Virus record (IMG/VR): IMGVR_UViG_3300025164_000635
Location: 31,305 to 95,304 of that record
Strand: one strand, 5' to 3'
DNA from: a virus
Length of the DNA: 64,000 nucleotides
In this document: in pieces, positions 26,480 to 34,902 of the stretch
Numbering within the stretch: the stretch's first letter is position 1
Layout of the letters: the number at the start of each line of letters is the position of its first letter
Made by a program: the position numbers and the translations under genes
The notes under the pieces: generated by a model
Told to the model about the DNA's origin: nothing
The model's database searches: none
Seen by the model: the letters and a program-made list of their open reading frames with translations, nothing else

Positions 26480-26791
26480 GTGGAAGTCTCTACCTATAAC
26501 GGTACCATTCGGATCCAATTCAGTGAGGGCAGCAAACGACACCAATGTATCCTCACCATCATGCTTGAGGACGGGAAACCCATTGTCACCAGTGGCCGAG
26601 GAGTGTGGCCGGGAAAGGAACGCCTGGCGGCCATTGATAACAGTGAATTGCAGGACTTCCTGGACAAGCTACAGGCCAGCACCGAGAAGACACTCAAGAT
26701 GGCCGACCTGCGCCAGATACTGGCCAAAAGCGAACCGTTCTTCCAGGTCCAGGAGTCCAGGTCGTCCGCGAACCGTGCCAATCGCTTCTAG
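26480..26791 (+). CDS. Hypothetical protein
   Basis: GAGGTG RBS, GTG start. Confidence 0.55.
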   Translation: MEVSTYNGTIRIQFSEGSKRHQCILTIMLEDGKPIVTSGRGVWPGKERLAAIDNSELQDFLDKLQASTEKTLKMADLRQILAKSEPFFQVQESRSSANRANRF

Positions 26792-26836
26792 GCGGAAGGG
26801 GCTGCGGCCCTGAAAGCAGTAGGTTACCCGAACCTG

Positions 26837-26875
26837 CGTCTTCTAAACGTTTCGCCGCGAAACGTTTAGAAGACG
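26837..26875. repeat. 39-bp palindrome containing parS-like copy 2 (26848-26864)
   Basis: CGTCTTCTAAACGTTTCGC-C-GCGAAACGTTTAGAAGACG, perfect 19-bp arms. Confidence 0.85.
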
Positions 26876-26987
26876 AAACGAGTGAAGTAGGGAAGCTGAA
26901 CCTGTAAAGAGCCCTGAGTGGCTGCCGCCGATGAAGGAAGGGGGATGGAGAAATCCATTCCCCTTTGCCTTTTGTATGAGGTGAGAC

Positions 26988-27077
26988 ATGAAATTGGACA
27001 TTCCCGAGAAGATCGCCATCTGGGGTTTTGTGCTATCCATGGCAGCCCTGATCGTGCGTATCGTCACCAGTTTGTGA
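26988..27077 (+). CDS. Small membrane peptide (29 aa)
   Basis: GAGGTGA RBS; MKLDIPEKIAIWGFVLSMAALIVRIVTSL. Confidence 0.5.
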   Translation: MKLDIPEKIAIWGFVLSMAALIVRIVTSL

Positions 27078-27123
27078 AACCCCGATGCCAGCGGACAATC
27101 TGGCAGAGACGAAAGGAGACAGA

Positions 27124-27915
27124 GTGAACATCGGAATCTGGGCACAGCCGGCATTCTTCCCGGCCACGCCCCCCGCTCCCCGTGACTTTGAGGCAGTCAC
27201 GGAAACGGGTGAAGAGGTCGAGCCTCAGCGTGAGAATCGCTACCGTTTCCATAATGGGAGCGTAGGCGATTGGATTGAGATCGAGAACGTAAGTGAATCC
27301 AGTGAGTACAACGACGAGCTATTCGACCGCCTGGAGGCACTGCGCCAGGCCGATCGCAATGCTTGGAGTGCTACCCTGGACGAACTGGACAGCGACACCT
27401 ACCGGCAGTACATGATCGACCGTACTTCCCGGTGGCACATGGAGAAGGCCCGGCCCGCTCTGAAATGTGAACGGGAAGGGCTGGAAGCCGCGGTCAAGGC
27501 CATGCGTGACTGCACCCGGGCGGAAGCCTATGACCGGAAAGGGCAGTCGATGAAGTTGGCTCAGTCCATCCGGGAGCGGGCCACTCAGGCCAAGTCACTC
27601 GATGACCTGTGCAAGCTGGCCGATGAGGCCGACGCCTTTGACAATCGGACGCAGCAACTCGTCAGTGTGAAGGCGCTGTTGCCGAAGTACATCCCGGATA
27701 CCATCTGGAACTACATCGAAGGCGCCATTGAGAGGGCGCACGAACGCATCAAGGCTGAGAAGAATCGCCACATTCGCTCCTGCCCACCCGAAGTGGATGC
27801 CTGGATCAGGGCGAACGGCTCCAAGGTCGTTGAGTACAGAGGCGTCCAGCGACCCATGAGGATCCTACCACGCCACGTTCAGGTGAATGTGGCGACCCAG
27901 GAGATAAGACGATGA
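27124..27915 (+). CDS. Hypothetical protein
   Basis: AAAGGAG RBS before GTG 27124; helical. Confidence 0.65.
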   Translation: MNIGIWAQPAFFPATPPAPRDFEAVTETGEEVEPQRENRYRFHNGSVGDWIEIENVSESSEYNDELFDRLEALRQADRNAWSATLDELDSDTYRQYMIDRTSRWHMEKARPALKCEREGLEAAVKAMRDCTRAEAYDRKGQSMKLAQSIRERATQAKSLDDLCKLADEADAFDNRTQQLVSVKALLPKYIPDTIWNYIEGAIERAHERIKAEKNRHIRSCPPEVDAWIRANGSKVVEYRGVQRPMRILPRHVQVNVATQEIRR

Positions 27916-28115
27916 AGCAAACTCGTATCAAAATCAATGCCCGGCCCAATGTGCCGGCAGTCCTCATCGTAGGCACCAGCGACGAGATGGTCATGAACTT
28001 GATGCTGAATGGCTACCTCGGTATGTTCCCCCTGATAGGGGATGAGAGAGTGACCTTCCAGGTCTCCGAGGAAGAGACGGTATACTCACCCCTCGCCATG
28101 CTGACCATTCTGTAA
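27912..28115 (+). CDS. Hypothetical protein
   Basis: ATGA overlap, AGGAG RBS. Confidence 0.55.
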   Translation: MKQTRIKINARPNVPAVLIVGTSDEMVMNLMLNGYLGMFPLIGDERVTFQVSEEETVYSPLAMLTIL

Positions 28116-28303
28116 CGGGCGCCACGCCGGTCGGGGTTGCAGCCCCGATCAGTACCGGTTAATCCGTCCAGAACCCTCCAAAGAAGCCTTTTACCTGTGT
28201 CGTGTGTCACGCCAGGCATTTCAGCTTCCCGGACACCCTCTGAGACGGTGTAAAAACCGGTTGATCGTACCCGACGAGAATCCCGGCCGGCGTATTTTCC
28301 CCC

Positions 28304-28335
28304 TTGACAAACTCTTGATTGGGTGTATAATCAAG
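28304..28335 (+). promoter_or_regulatory. Sigma70-type promoter with overlapping inverted-repeat operator
   Basis: TTGACA-16-TATAAT; CTTGATT-N8-AATCAAG spans the -10. Confidence 0.75.
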
Positions 28336-28505
28336 TCCAAGAATGGGGAAGGGGAGAAGCAAGCCGACTGGGGATACCTTCGTATTGACTCCCCTACCCT
28401 CTTCCTGGCTGAGGATTGAATGTGCGAGTGTTCTCTCATCCTTCTTACCCACGTGTGGACATTGCGCTCCGTTTCGATTCTCCCCTGTCCGAGAAGGAAT
28501 AGGTC

Positions 28506-28832
28506 ATGAATTGCGTCATCAACTTCTCACATCCGCTGACCGAATATCAGTACAAGGATCTCTCAGAGCAGCTTGGCCACTTCACCGAAGTATATAAGCC
28601 TGTCCAGTTCGATATGGTCACGGGCAACCTGCGCCGAGAAGTGGAGACCCTGCTGAATGACACCGTGCAAGACATCTCGGAGATTGTCGCCATTATCCCG
28701 CCAAAGTTGAGCGTGGCGGCCTATTGGATGGCGCTCGAGATGGAAGCGCTGGGATGGCACAATGTACCAGCCGTCTACTTTATTCATGACTCCAGCGTCC
28801 CCCCTCAGTTTGTCGTGGGCGGTGTAGAGTGA
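28506..28832 (+). CDS. csx15: Csx15-like protein (CRISPR type III associated family), phage-encoded
   Basis: INFSHPLT..Q...L......PVQFD...V..L....I.PP.L..A...A.......P.......S.PPQF.V matches the Csx15 signature as recalled. Confidence 0.7.
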   Translation: MNCVINFSHPLTEYQYKDLSEQLGHFTEVYKPVQFDMVTGNLRREVETLLNDTVQDISEIVAIIPPKLSVAAYWMALEMEALGWHNVPAVYFIHDSSVPPQFVVGGVE

Positions 28833-28993
28833 TCTGGCTATTCTTCGCACTCATCATGTTTCTGGTCATCGACTACCATCGCTTGCGAAGGGCCTGGAAG
28901 GGACCCGGGCCTTTCGATGGACAAGGCTATCCCAGCTCAACGCTGCGGCTTCTGATCGTAGCAACGGTAGTCGCCATACTCCTGCTGAGGTGA
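28829..28993 (+). CDS. Small two-TM protein (54 aa)
   Basis: GTGA overlap; MIWLFFALIMFLVIDY...LLIVATVVAILLLR. Confidence 0.5.
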   Translation: MIWLFFALIMFLVIDYHRLRRAWKGPGPFDGQGYPSSTLRLLIVATVVAILLLR

Positions 28994-28997
28994 AATC

Positions 28998-29255
28998 ATG
29001 AAAGTCTATCGACAAACATTCCAAGTCACCGGGTTAGGCTCCTTCCCACTCGACATGCTCCGATATGATGAGTGCTATCCGCGCACAGAGCGAGATACAG
29101 CTCTGATCGATCAGTCTTTCCAGGAAGCCAACGTGCAATACATTGGCCTTGAGCGCATCCTCACCGATGAGGCGAAAGACCCCACATTCGATCGCTGGAA
29201 GTCATTCCTGTGGGCAGTTGTGAAGAATAGCATCGTGACAGAGCAAATCAAATGA
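28998..29255 (+). CDS. Conserved hypothetical protein (F.V.G.G.FP.DMLRYD.C.P...PT..RW.SF.W)
   Basis: GAGGTG RBS; recognisable small phage protein motif. Confidence 0.65.
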   Translation: MKVYRQTFQVTGLGSFPLDMLRYDECYPRTERDTALIDQSFQEANVQYIGLERILTDEAKDPTFDRWKSFLWAVVKNSIVTEQIK

Positions 29256-29488
29256 GCTCCGATCTCAGACCCGAGAAGGTCATATTGCAATTTGTCCAGG
29301 AAGCCGAAGAGCAGGGCCGGACACTGGCCGAGATTGCCAAGCACACCGGTCTCTTCCAGGCGCAGGCCGCTGTCATGCTCCAGACCTGGGAGAACGAGGG
29401 CTACCTTGTCCGGCACATTAACACCTATGGGGCACCGGGAAAGGAAAGGACGGTCGCGCGCTGGTACGCGACCCCCAAGAAGGACTGA
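29252..29488 (+). CDS. Winged-helix DNA-binding protein
   Basis: TLAEIAKHTGL...L..WE.EGYLVR. Confidence 0.6.
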   Translation: MSSDLRPEKVILQFVQEAEEQGRTLAEIAKHTGLFQAQAAVMLQTWENEGYLVRHINTYGAPGKERTVARWYATPKKD

Positions 29489-29520
29489 AGAACCCACAGT
29501 GCAAAGGAGACCACACCACC

Positions 29521-29847
29521 ATGGATCCCTCTTCAACAACCATCTTTCTATCCATCATGACCCTCATCACGCTCATGCTGGGCGGCCTGATCGCCGTAGA
29601 CTATTACGATCGGTCCATCGCCCGATCGCGTGACTACGAGGTGAGGAAGCTCATCGTCGCTCCAGACGAAGTGGAGTTCACTGTTTACTTCCAGCGCCGG
29701 GCAGGATTTCGGTGTATCTCTCACACCGAAACCCTACGCGGGAAGAGGGAACTCCTCTTCGAGACGGGCAATATCCCAGAATGGGCCTTTGCTCGGGTGT
29801 CCACCATGCAGAGATACACGACACGACCCAGGAGTGCCCATGCCTGA
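29521..29847 (+). CDS. Membrane-anchored hypothetical protein
   Basis: N-terminal TM, AAAGGAG RBS. Confidence 0.55.
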   Translation: MDPSSTTIFLSIMTLITLMLGGLIAVDYYDRSIARSRDYEVRKLIVAPDEVEFTVYFQRRAGFRCISHTETLRGKRELLFETGNIPEWAFARVSTMQRYTTRPRSAHA

Positions 29848-30559
29848 TGAAGGACAATTGTCCTTCGTAGTTCAAGATGGAACCCACACTGAAAAACCTA
29901 AAAGAGTAATCCGAGAAGTCATTGCCCGAGAGAACGTGACCTGGCGAGCCGATAACATAGGCGTGAAGTCGTTATCAACCCTGGAGCTCTTGTCCCTCGT
30001 CACGGGCGACGCCGAAGCTGCTGCAAACCTACTGGCCAGCAATGACATTGCCGACATGATGAAGATGAGTTGCGCCGAGATGACCAAGACCAAGGGAATC
30101 GGGAGGAAGCGTTCCTACCAGATATTGGCCGCTCTGGAACTGGGACGACGTTCCCTCACCACAGCGCCTATTGAGAGGACACAGATCCGCGCACCCGCCG
30201 ATGCCGGCGACATCTTCATGGCCGACATGCAGAATCTGACCCAGGAAGAACTGCGTGTGATGGTGTTGGACACACGCAATCGAATCCTGGCAGTACCCAC
30301 CATCTACAAGGGATCTCTGAACACAACCTGGATTCGCACAGCCGAAGTATTCAAGCCGTGCATCTCCAGAGACGGGGCCGCCATCATTGTCGCGCACAAT
30401 CATCCAAGCGGTGATCCATCTCCTTCCTCAGAGGACATCAGCCTCACGAAGGAGATCATCAACGCCGGGAAGTTGCTGGACATCGAGGTACTCGATCATC
30501 TCATCATCGGCCATCAGCGTTTCATCTCACTCAGGGAACGCGGCCTGGCCTTTGAATAA
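29840..30559 (+). CDS. radC: RadC-family JAB/MPN domain protein
   Basis: LS..ELL, KGIG...A.LELGRR, QEE.....LD..N, AHNHPSGDPSPSSED, LDHLIIG. Confidence 0.9.
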   Translation: MPDEGQLSFVVQDGTHTEKPKRVIREVIARENVTWRADNIGVKSLSTLELLSLVTGDAEAAANLLASNDIADMMKMSCAEMTKTKGIGRKRSYQILAALELGRRSLTTAPIERTQIRAPADAGDIFMADMQNLTQEELRVMVLDTRNRILAVPTIYKGSLNTTWIRTAEVFKPCISRDGAAIIVAHNHPSGDPSPSSEDISLTKEIINAGKLLDIEVLDHLIIGHQRFISLRERGLAFE

Positions 30560-30573
30560 AGGAGAACATAGCG

Positions 30574-30981
30574 ATGAACCACCTAAGCGCCTCTGAAGCA
30601 TGTGAAGCGCACCGAAAGAGAATCACTGATAGGTTCGCTTCCATCCTGCGACAGCGATTCGAGGACCTCGACGAGGGTCATACCCTGCAAGCTGCAGAGC
30701 ACGCGGCCTCTGCCTACATCGGATACCCTGAAGATTGGATCCGCAGACCCGAGACGGCCTTACTGAATTATCCCAAGCTGGTCGTCTGTGAATGCGGCAA
30801 ACGATCGGTCGCGGAGTATCACTACGGAATCGGCTGGACACCGGTGGATCCCGAGTGGAAGATGCACCTGGGCTTTGAGCCGATGGTTTCTTACTGGTCA
30901 TGTGGTCAGCCAAACCATAAGGCGACTGTTTGGCAGGAGTTGTTCATCCTGGAAGACATCCAGCAGGTGACCGAGCCATGA
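30574..30981 (+). CDS. Hypothetical protein
   Basis: AAAGGAG RBS. Confidence 0.6.
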   Translation: MNHLSASEACEAHRKRITDRFASILRQRFEDLDEGHTLQAAEHAASAYIGYPEDWIRRPETALLNYPKLVVCECGKRSVAEYHYGIGWTPVDPEWKMHLGFEPMVSYWSCGQPNHKATVWQELFILEDIQQVTEP

Positions 30982-31490
30982 TAAGGTTCAAGCTCATCAT
31001 CTACACCGATGGCTGTTGCTTCCCGGTGCCTAACTCAGCCGGGACAGGTGGCTATGCCGCCGTCCTACGCTATGGAGAGAGCACCAAAGAGATTGTCGGC
31101 GGTTTCCTGATGACCAATGCGCCTCGGATGGAACTCTACGGGGCACTCACGGCCCTGGAAGCACTCAAGAGGCCATGTCATGTCATCATCAGGAGTGACA
31201 GCAAGTACCTGGTCAATATGTTCGGGCAAGGGTGGGCCAGGAAGTGGAAGGCACAAGGATGGTACCTTGATCCCAGGGCCACCGTCCCACAGTTGGCCAA
31301 GAACGTTGACCTTGTGAGCCGGCTCCTGAACATGATTGATTCACACTTCTCGGTCAGGTTTGAGTGGGTGAGGGGCCACAACGGGGACCCCGATAACGAG
31401 CGGTGTGACAAGCTGGCCCAGCAAGGAGCCGAAGAGGCTTACGAGCCGGACCCAGGCTACCAACCCAGACAGGAGGAGAGTGATGGGTAG
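30978..31490 (+). CDS. rnhA: Ribonuclease HI
   Basis: IYTDG, GGYAAVL, RMEL, SDSKY, KNVDL, WVRGHNGDPDNERCDKLA. Confidence 0.92.
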   Translation: MIRFKLIIYTDGCCFPVPNSAGTGGYAAVLRYGESTKEIVGGFLMTNAPRMELYGALTALEALKRPCHVIIRSDSKYLVNMFGQGWARKWKAQGWYLDPRATVPQLAKNVDLVSRLLNMIDSHFSVRFEWVRGHNGDPDNERCDKLAQQGAEEAYEPDPGYQPRQEESDG

Positions 31491-31761
31491 CCAACCCAAG
31501 TACCGAGTCTGGTATGATGAGATGTCCGACCTCCTTCAGGAACCACTCACTCCTCGTGAGCAAGAAGTGGCGACCCTGGTTGTAGCCGGCCTGCGAAACA
31601 AAGAGATTGCTAACCGGCTCTGCATCAGTGTAGAGACGGTCAGGACGCATGTTGCCAATATCCTTGCCAAGCAGGGCATTTTAAGCCGGAAAGACATCCG
31701 GTTGGGCGACTTGCAACCTGCCCCTTCCCTTGGCGTTCAAGCGGGAGAAAGCAAACCATGA
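31483..31761 (+). CDS. LuxR-type HTH protein
   Basis: LTPREQEVATLVVAGLRNKEIANRLCISVETVRTHVANILAK. Confidence 0.88.
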   Translation: MGSQPKYRVWYDEMSDLLQEPLTPREQEVATLVVAGLRNKEIANRLCISVETVRTHVANILAKQGILSRKDIRLGDLQPAPSLGVQAGESKP

Positions 31762-32498
31762 AGACTAACCTTCTCGGATTCCACATCGAAGTCACGCATA
31801 ACAGGCTCGCTAGTCTCAACATTCACCATGTCGATCGGCGCGCAGCATTGGAATACCCTGAGTTCACCACTACTAGCCCCACTCGGGTAAAGCTCATGCG
31901 GATTAAGGCGGTGCTTCAGCTTCAGCCAGGAACATCAATGGCGGACGCCAAAGCTTGGGTCGAAGCCCAGAACTGGGGAGACCAAGTGCCTTCTGAGCAG
32001 GACGACAGCGATAGCAGGTCTGAGTATTACGGTTCACGCCAGGAAGAAAGGTGGGGCCTGGATGAGCCTCCAGATGAGAAGAGAGAGGCTGAGATCGCGC
32101 TGGTCAACAGACTCAGGGCCAGGCATCAGTGCCCCATCTGGCGCGGGAAGGACGGCTCACTCCATCCCATCTCACTCATGTCTCCCGGGCATCTCACCAA
32201 TGCCTTACGCCAACTCTATCGGAGACTGGCCAAGATCGCATCGGCCAGGATGTTCTACCACGATCCCTTCTGGGGCCCTCACGGTGATGGAGCCCAGGAT
32301 GCAGCAGAACGGGCCATGGATGAGGCAGACGAGATCGAGTACCAGGTAGGGCTTTGGGCTACTGCCCTGGAAGGTGAGCTCGAGAGACGTGGCCTGCCCC
32401 TACCGGAGAGAGTGAAGGCCGAGCCGCCGCCCCGGGTCAAGAATGTCTGGGTTGAGGGAGCCTTCACCATTGCGGAGATCGATCGTGAAAAAGAGTAG
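31758..32498 (+). CDS. Hypothetical protein
   Basis: 246 aa; W..KDG....I..M...HL.N motif. Confidence 0.6.
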   Translation: MKTNLLGFHIEVTHNRLASLNIHHVDRRAALEYPEFTTTSPTRVKLMRIKAVLQLQPGTSMADAKAWVEAQNWGDQVPSEQDDSDSRSEYYGSRQEERWGLDEPPDEKREAEIALVNRLRARHQCPIWRGKDGSLHPISLMSPGHLTNALRQLYRRLAKIASARMFYHDPFWGPHGDGAQDAAERAMDEADEIEYQVGLWATALEGELERRGLPLPERVKAEPPPRVKNVWVEGAFTIAEIDREKE

Positions 32499-32546
32499 AG
32501 AGAAGCGTTTCCAGTGGGTCTCCCGCTGGCACTTCTCGCCCAAGAA

Positions 32547-32565
32547 GTGACGCTAGGTGACACAC
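32547..32565 (+). repeat. 19-bp direct repeat, copy 1
   Basis: GTGACGCTAGGTGACACAC, identical at 39565-39583. Confidence 0.8.
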
Positions 32566-32585
32566 CTTTCGGATAGGATGAAGAC

Positions 32586-32846
32586 ATGAGCCTGGAAGAC
32601 ATCCTCAGAGACTACGCCCACCAGTTCGGCATCGATGATTCGTTCATTGAGGCGAGTGACCACCCCTACACCTGCGGCTGTAGCAAATGTAAGAATTGGT
32701 GGGTGGATATGGGCCCAGACCCAGACACAGGCCGGTGTGGCCCATTCACCCTGGAAGAGATCAATGTCGTCCGGCGAGTACGTGGCCTGCCGGCGTATAT
32801 CCTGGAAGAAGAGCCGGATGAGACCTACTCCGAATCCGAGGGTTGA
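32586..32846 (+). CDS. Hypothetical Cys-containing protein
   Basis: HPYTCGCSKC. Confidence 0.55.
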   Translation: MSLEDILRDYAHQFGIDDSFIEASDHPYTCGCSKCKNWWVDMGPDPDTGRCGPFTLEEINVVRRVRGLPAYILEEEPDETYSESEG

Positions 32847-33174
32847 ACCCTACCGGGTGAAGAGAGGCCGCTACGCCGGCGCCATCGGTAATAACGGGGC
32901 CTTCCTGATCCCTGGTCCCGATCACGGTAAGCTACTCTACTTAATCGTCTCGGACGGTGGAGAATGGGAGCACGTGTCCGTCTCTAAGAAAGGGGCAGTC
33001 ATCCCTTCCTGGGATGAGATGTCCTTTGTGAGACACCTGTTCTGGGAGCCCGAGGAGTGTGTCGTTCAGTACCACCCGCCCCAGTCCAGGTACATAAACA
33101 TCCATCCCGGTGTGCTGCATCTATGGCGGCCTATTCATCGGGCTATCCCTATGCCACCCCTGGAGTTTGTGTGA
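32818..33174 (+). CDS. Conserved phage protein (WEHVSVS...PSWDEM...FW...QYHP...HP..LHLW family)
   Basis: Recognisable motif set; start 32818. Confidence 0.7.
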   Translation: MRPTPNPRVEPYRVKRGRYAGAIGNNGAFLIPGPDHGKLLYLIVSDGGEWEHVSVSKKGAVIPSWDEMSFVRHLFWEPEECVVQYHPPQSRYINIHPGVLHLWRPIHRAIPMPPLEFV

Positions 33175-33674
33175 TGAAAAAGATAGCGCGTTGGTCTAAC
33201 CTGCCCTTTAAGAGAGCCGACGATCTACAGATCCGCATCTGGCTCAGCGATGTGGAGTGTGACCAGGCCCAGGAAGCCGGCCTTCCTGGATACGATTGGC
33301 CGGTCACTGCCGAGAATATCATCAAGGCCATCCGACGCAAGATGTCGCCTACCCCTTACTTCCGCCTGGGTACTTTCAGAGGTGCGTTTGATTGTCTCCG
33401 ACACACGCTTAATCGCATGGGTGATCATCACGAAGACACCATCACCTTCCGGGGAGACAGAGTAGACATCGCCCCCTGGAACAATGCAGACGAATACTAC
33501 TGGGGTGGAATCGGCGGCCCAAGCGGGGAACCCCATCTCCCGCTCTTGCTCGCCTTAGCCTGTGTTCTGTACTACCCCGATGCTGAGTGGGGAGATCAGA
33601 ATGTGTTCTCGTGGTGGGATACCACTCACAAGAACACAGCATCATCTCACAAACACACCCGAGTAGATGAGTAG
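33174..33674 (+). CDS. Hypothetical protein
   Basis: TGATG coupling. Confidence 0.55.
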   Translation: MKKIARWSNLPFKRADDLQIRIWLSDVECDQAQEAGLPGYDWPVTAENIIKAIRRKMSPTPYFRLGTFRGAFDCLRHTLNRMGDHHEDTITFRGDRVDIAPWNNADEYYWGGIGGPSGEPHLPLLLALACVLYYPDAEWGDQNVFSWWDTTHKNTASSHKHTRVDE

Positions 33675-33677
33675 CCC

Positions 33678-33953
33678 ATGCCTGCCGTCGTTAAGAAAAA
33701 CACCATGAAGATCGTTCTGCAGGGCGAGTTGGAGGGTGAAGCCGAGTTCAACCTACCGAGTGTCCTAGTGCAGGAACTCAGAACGCTCGTCACGATGGCC
33801 CAGTTCAAAAGCAAGATCGACACCAACCCTGCCTCAGTAGCAGGCATTCTCATCTCTCTTGGGATTGATGTTGCACTTGGTGAGTATGCCAGGCACCAAC
33901 TCAGGGCCAGGAAGGAAGAGATTGCTTCCCTACTAGCCAGAGAGGCAAAGTGA
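33678..33953 (+). CDS. Hypothetical protein
   Basis: 91 aa in operon. Confidence 0.55.
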   Translation: MPAVVKKNTMKIVLQGELEGEAEFNLPSVLVQELRTLVTMAQFKSKIDTNPASVAGILISLGIDVALGEYARHQLRARKEEIASLLAREAK

Positions 33954-34894
33954 TCGCCGTCGTCAACGCTCGTGACTGGAAGCAGGATGGGGAGTACATC
34001 GGGTGGGCCAACCAGCCCCGCTTCCCGGTATCCTCACCGCTTGCCAATCCCTTTCTGGGCTTGCTCAAACGAGGGATAAGCCGGGAAGATGTGGTTGCCC
34101 GCTACCGCGGCTGGCTGAGAAATCAGTACCGCGTGAATGGGCCAGCCAAGCGAGAGTTGCTACGCCTATCGCACAAGCATAAGGCGGGTGAGAACATTGT
34201 CCTCGTCTGCTGGTGTAAGCCCGATCCATGTCACGGTGATGTCGTTGCCGAGGCCATAGCAGGCATTGAGAAAACTCTGAAAGTGTCAACTACCACGACA
34301 GAAGAACCCAAATATCCATCCTACACTTTGTCAAACGAGTCTGCCATGGTCAGGGTGGTGGGAGCCACCTACGATCCTGGAACACAGACCCTCGTGGCAG
34401 CCCAGATCGTGACCAATGCGAAAGAACTACAGGTGGCTGTCCGAGCAAGTCTGTCGGTGAACAGGAAGAACAGCTTTCTATATCTCAATGGCCCGGCCAT
34501 GCATGTCGAGCTTCTTGGCGCTCGAAGGGGCTACCAAGTCATCACCGCCAACCTGGAAGCCAAAACAGGGGCGCAAGGACTGACCAGCTTCCTGCTTCAT
34601 CCAGGCGCGGGCAATCCGGCCGGTCTGGAAAATTTCTATGTCGTCTCTATGGAGCACGAGGACCCTGTTCGGAAATTTATCCAGCGCCTAGCTCTGGCAA
34701 CTCCCTGGGGCTACCTGGATGAGTGGGGCAGTGCTCTTTACGAGCACGGCTTACATGAAGGGCTGATTGAGAGTCTGCCCGTGGTCGGTGTCTCGGACAT
34801 CAGGAACGCCATCCGGGTAAGCTCTAGCACAGATGCTTGGAGAGACATCATTCGACTTGCACTCTATTCCGGCGAGATCACGCTCGCCGGTTAA
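33950..34894 (+). CDS. DUF4326-like N-terminal domain fused to an unknown domain
   Basis: YIG...SPLANPF...R..V...Y..WL...L.CWCKP.PCHGDV. Confidence 0.7.
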   Translation: MIAVVNARDWKQDGEYIGWANQPRFPVSSPLANPFLGLLKRGISREDVVARYRGWLRNQYRVNGPAKRELLRLSHKHKAGENIVLVCWCKPDPCHGDVVAEAIAGIEKTLKVSTTTTEEPKYPSYTLSNESAMVRVVGATYDPGTQTLVAAQIVTNAKELQVAVRASLSVNRKNSFLYLNGPAMHVELLGARRGYQVITANLEAKTGAQGLTSFLLHPGAGNPAGLENFYVVSMEHEDPVRKFIQRLALATPWGYLDEWGSALYEHGLHEGLIESLPVVGVSDIRNAIRVSSSTDAWRDIIRLALYSGEITLAG

Positions 34895-34902
34895 GGAACT
34901 CA

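Noticed and set aside
28400-28503. Solitary CRISPR repeat (RNA anti-CRISPR) in the csx15 leader
   Set aside because: Only fragments (GGATTGAAT, GTTTCGATTC) resemble repeat ends; not supportable without host repeats
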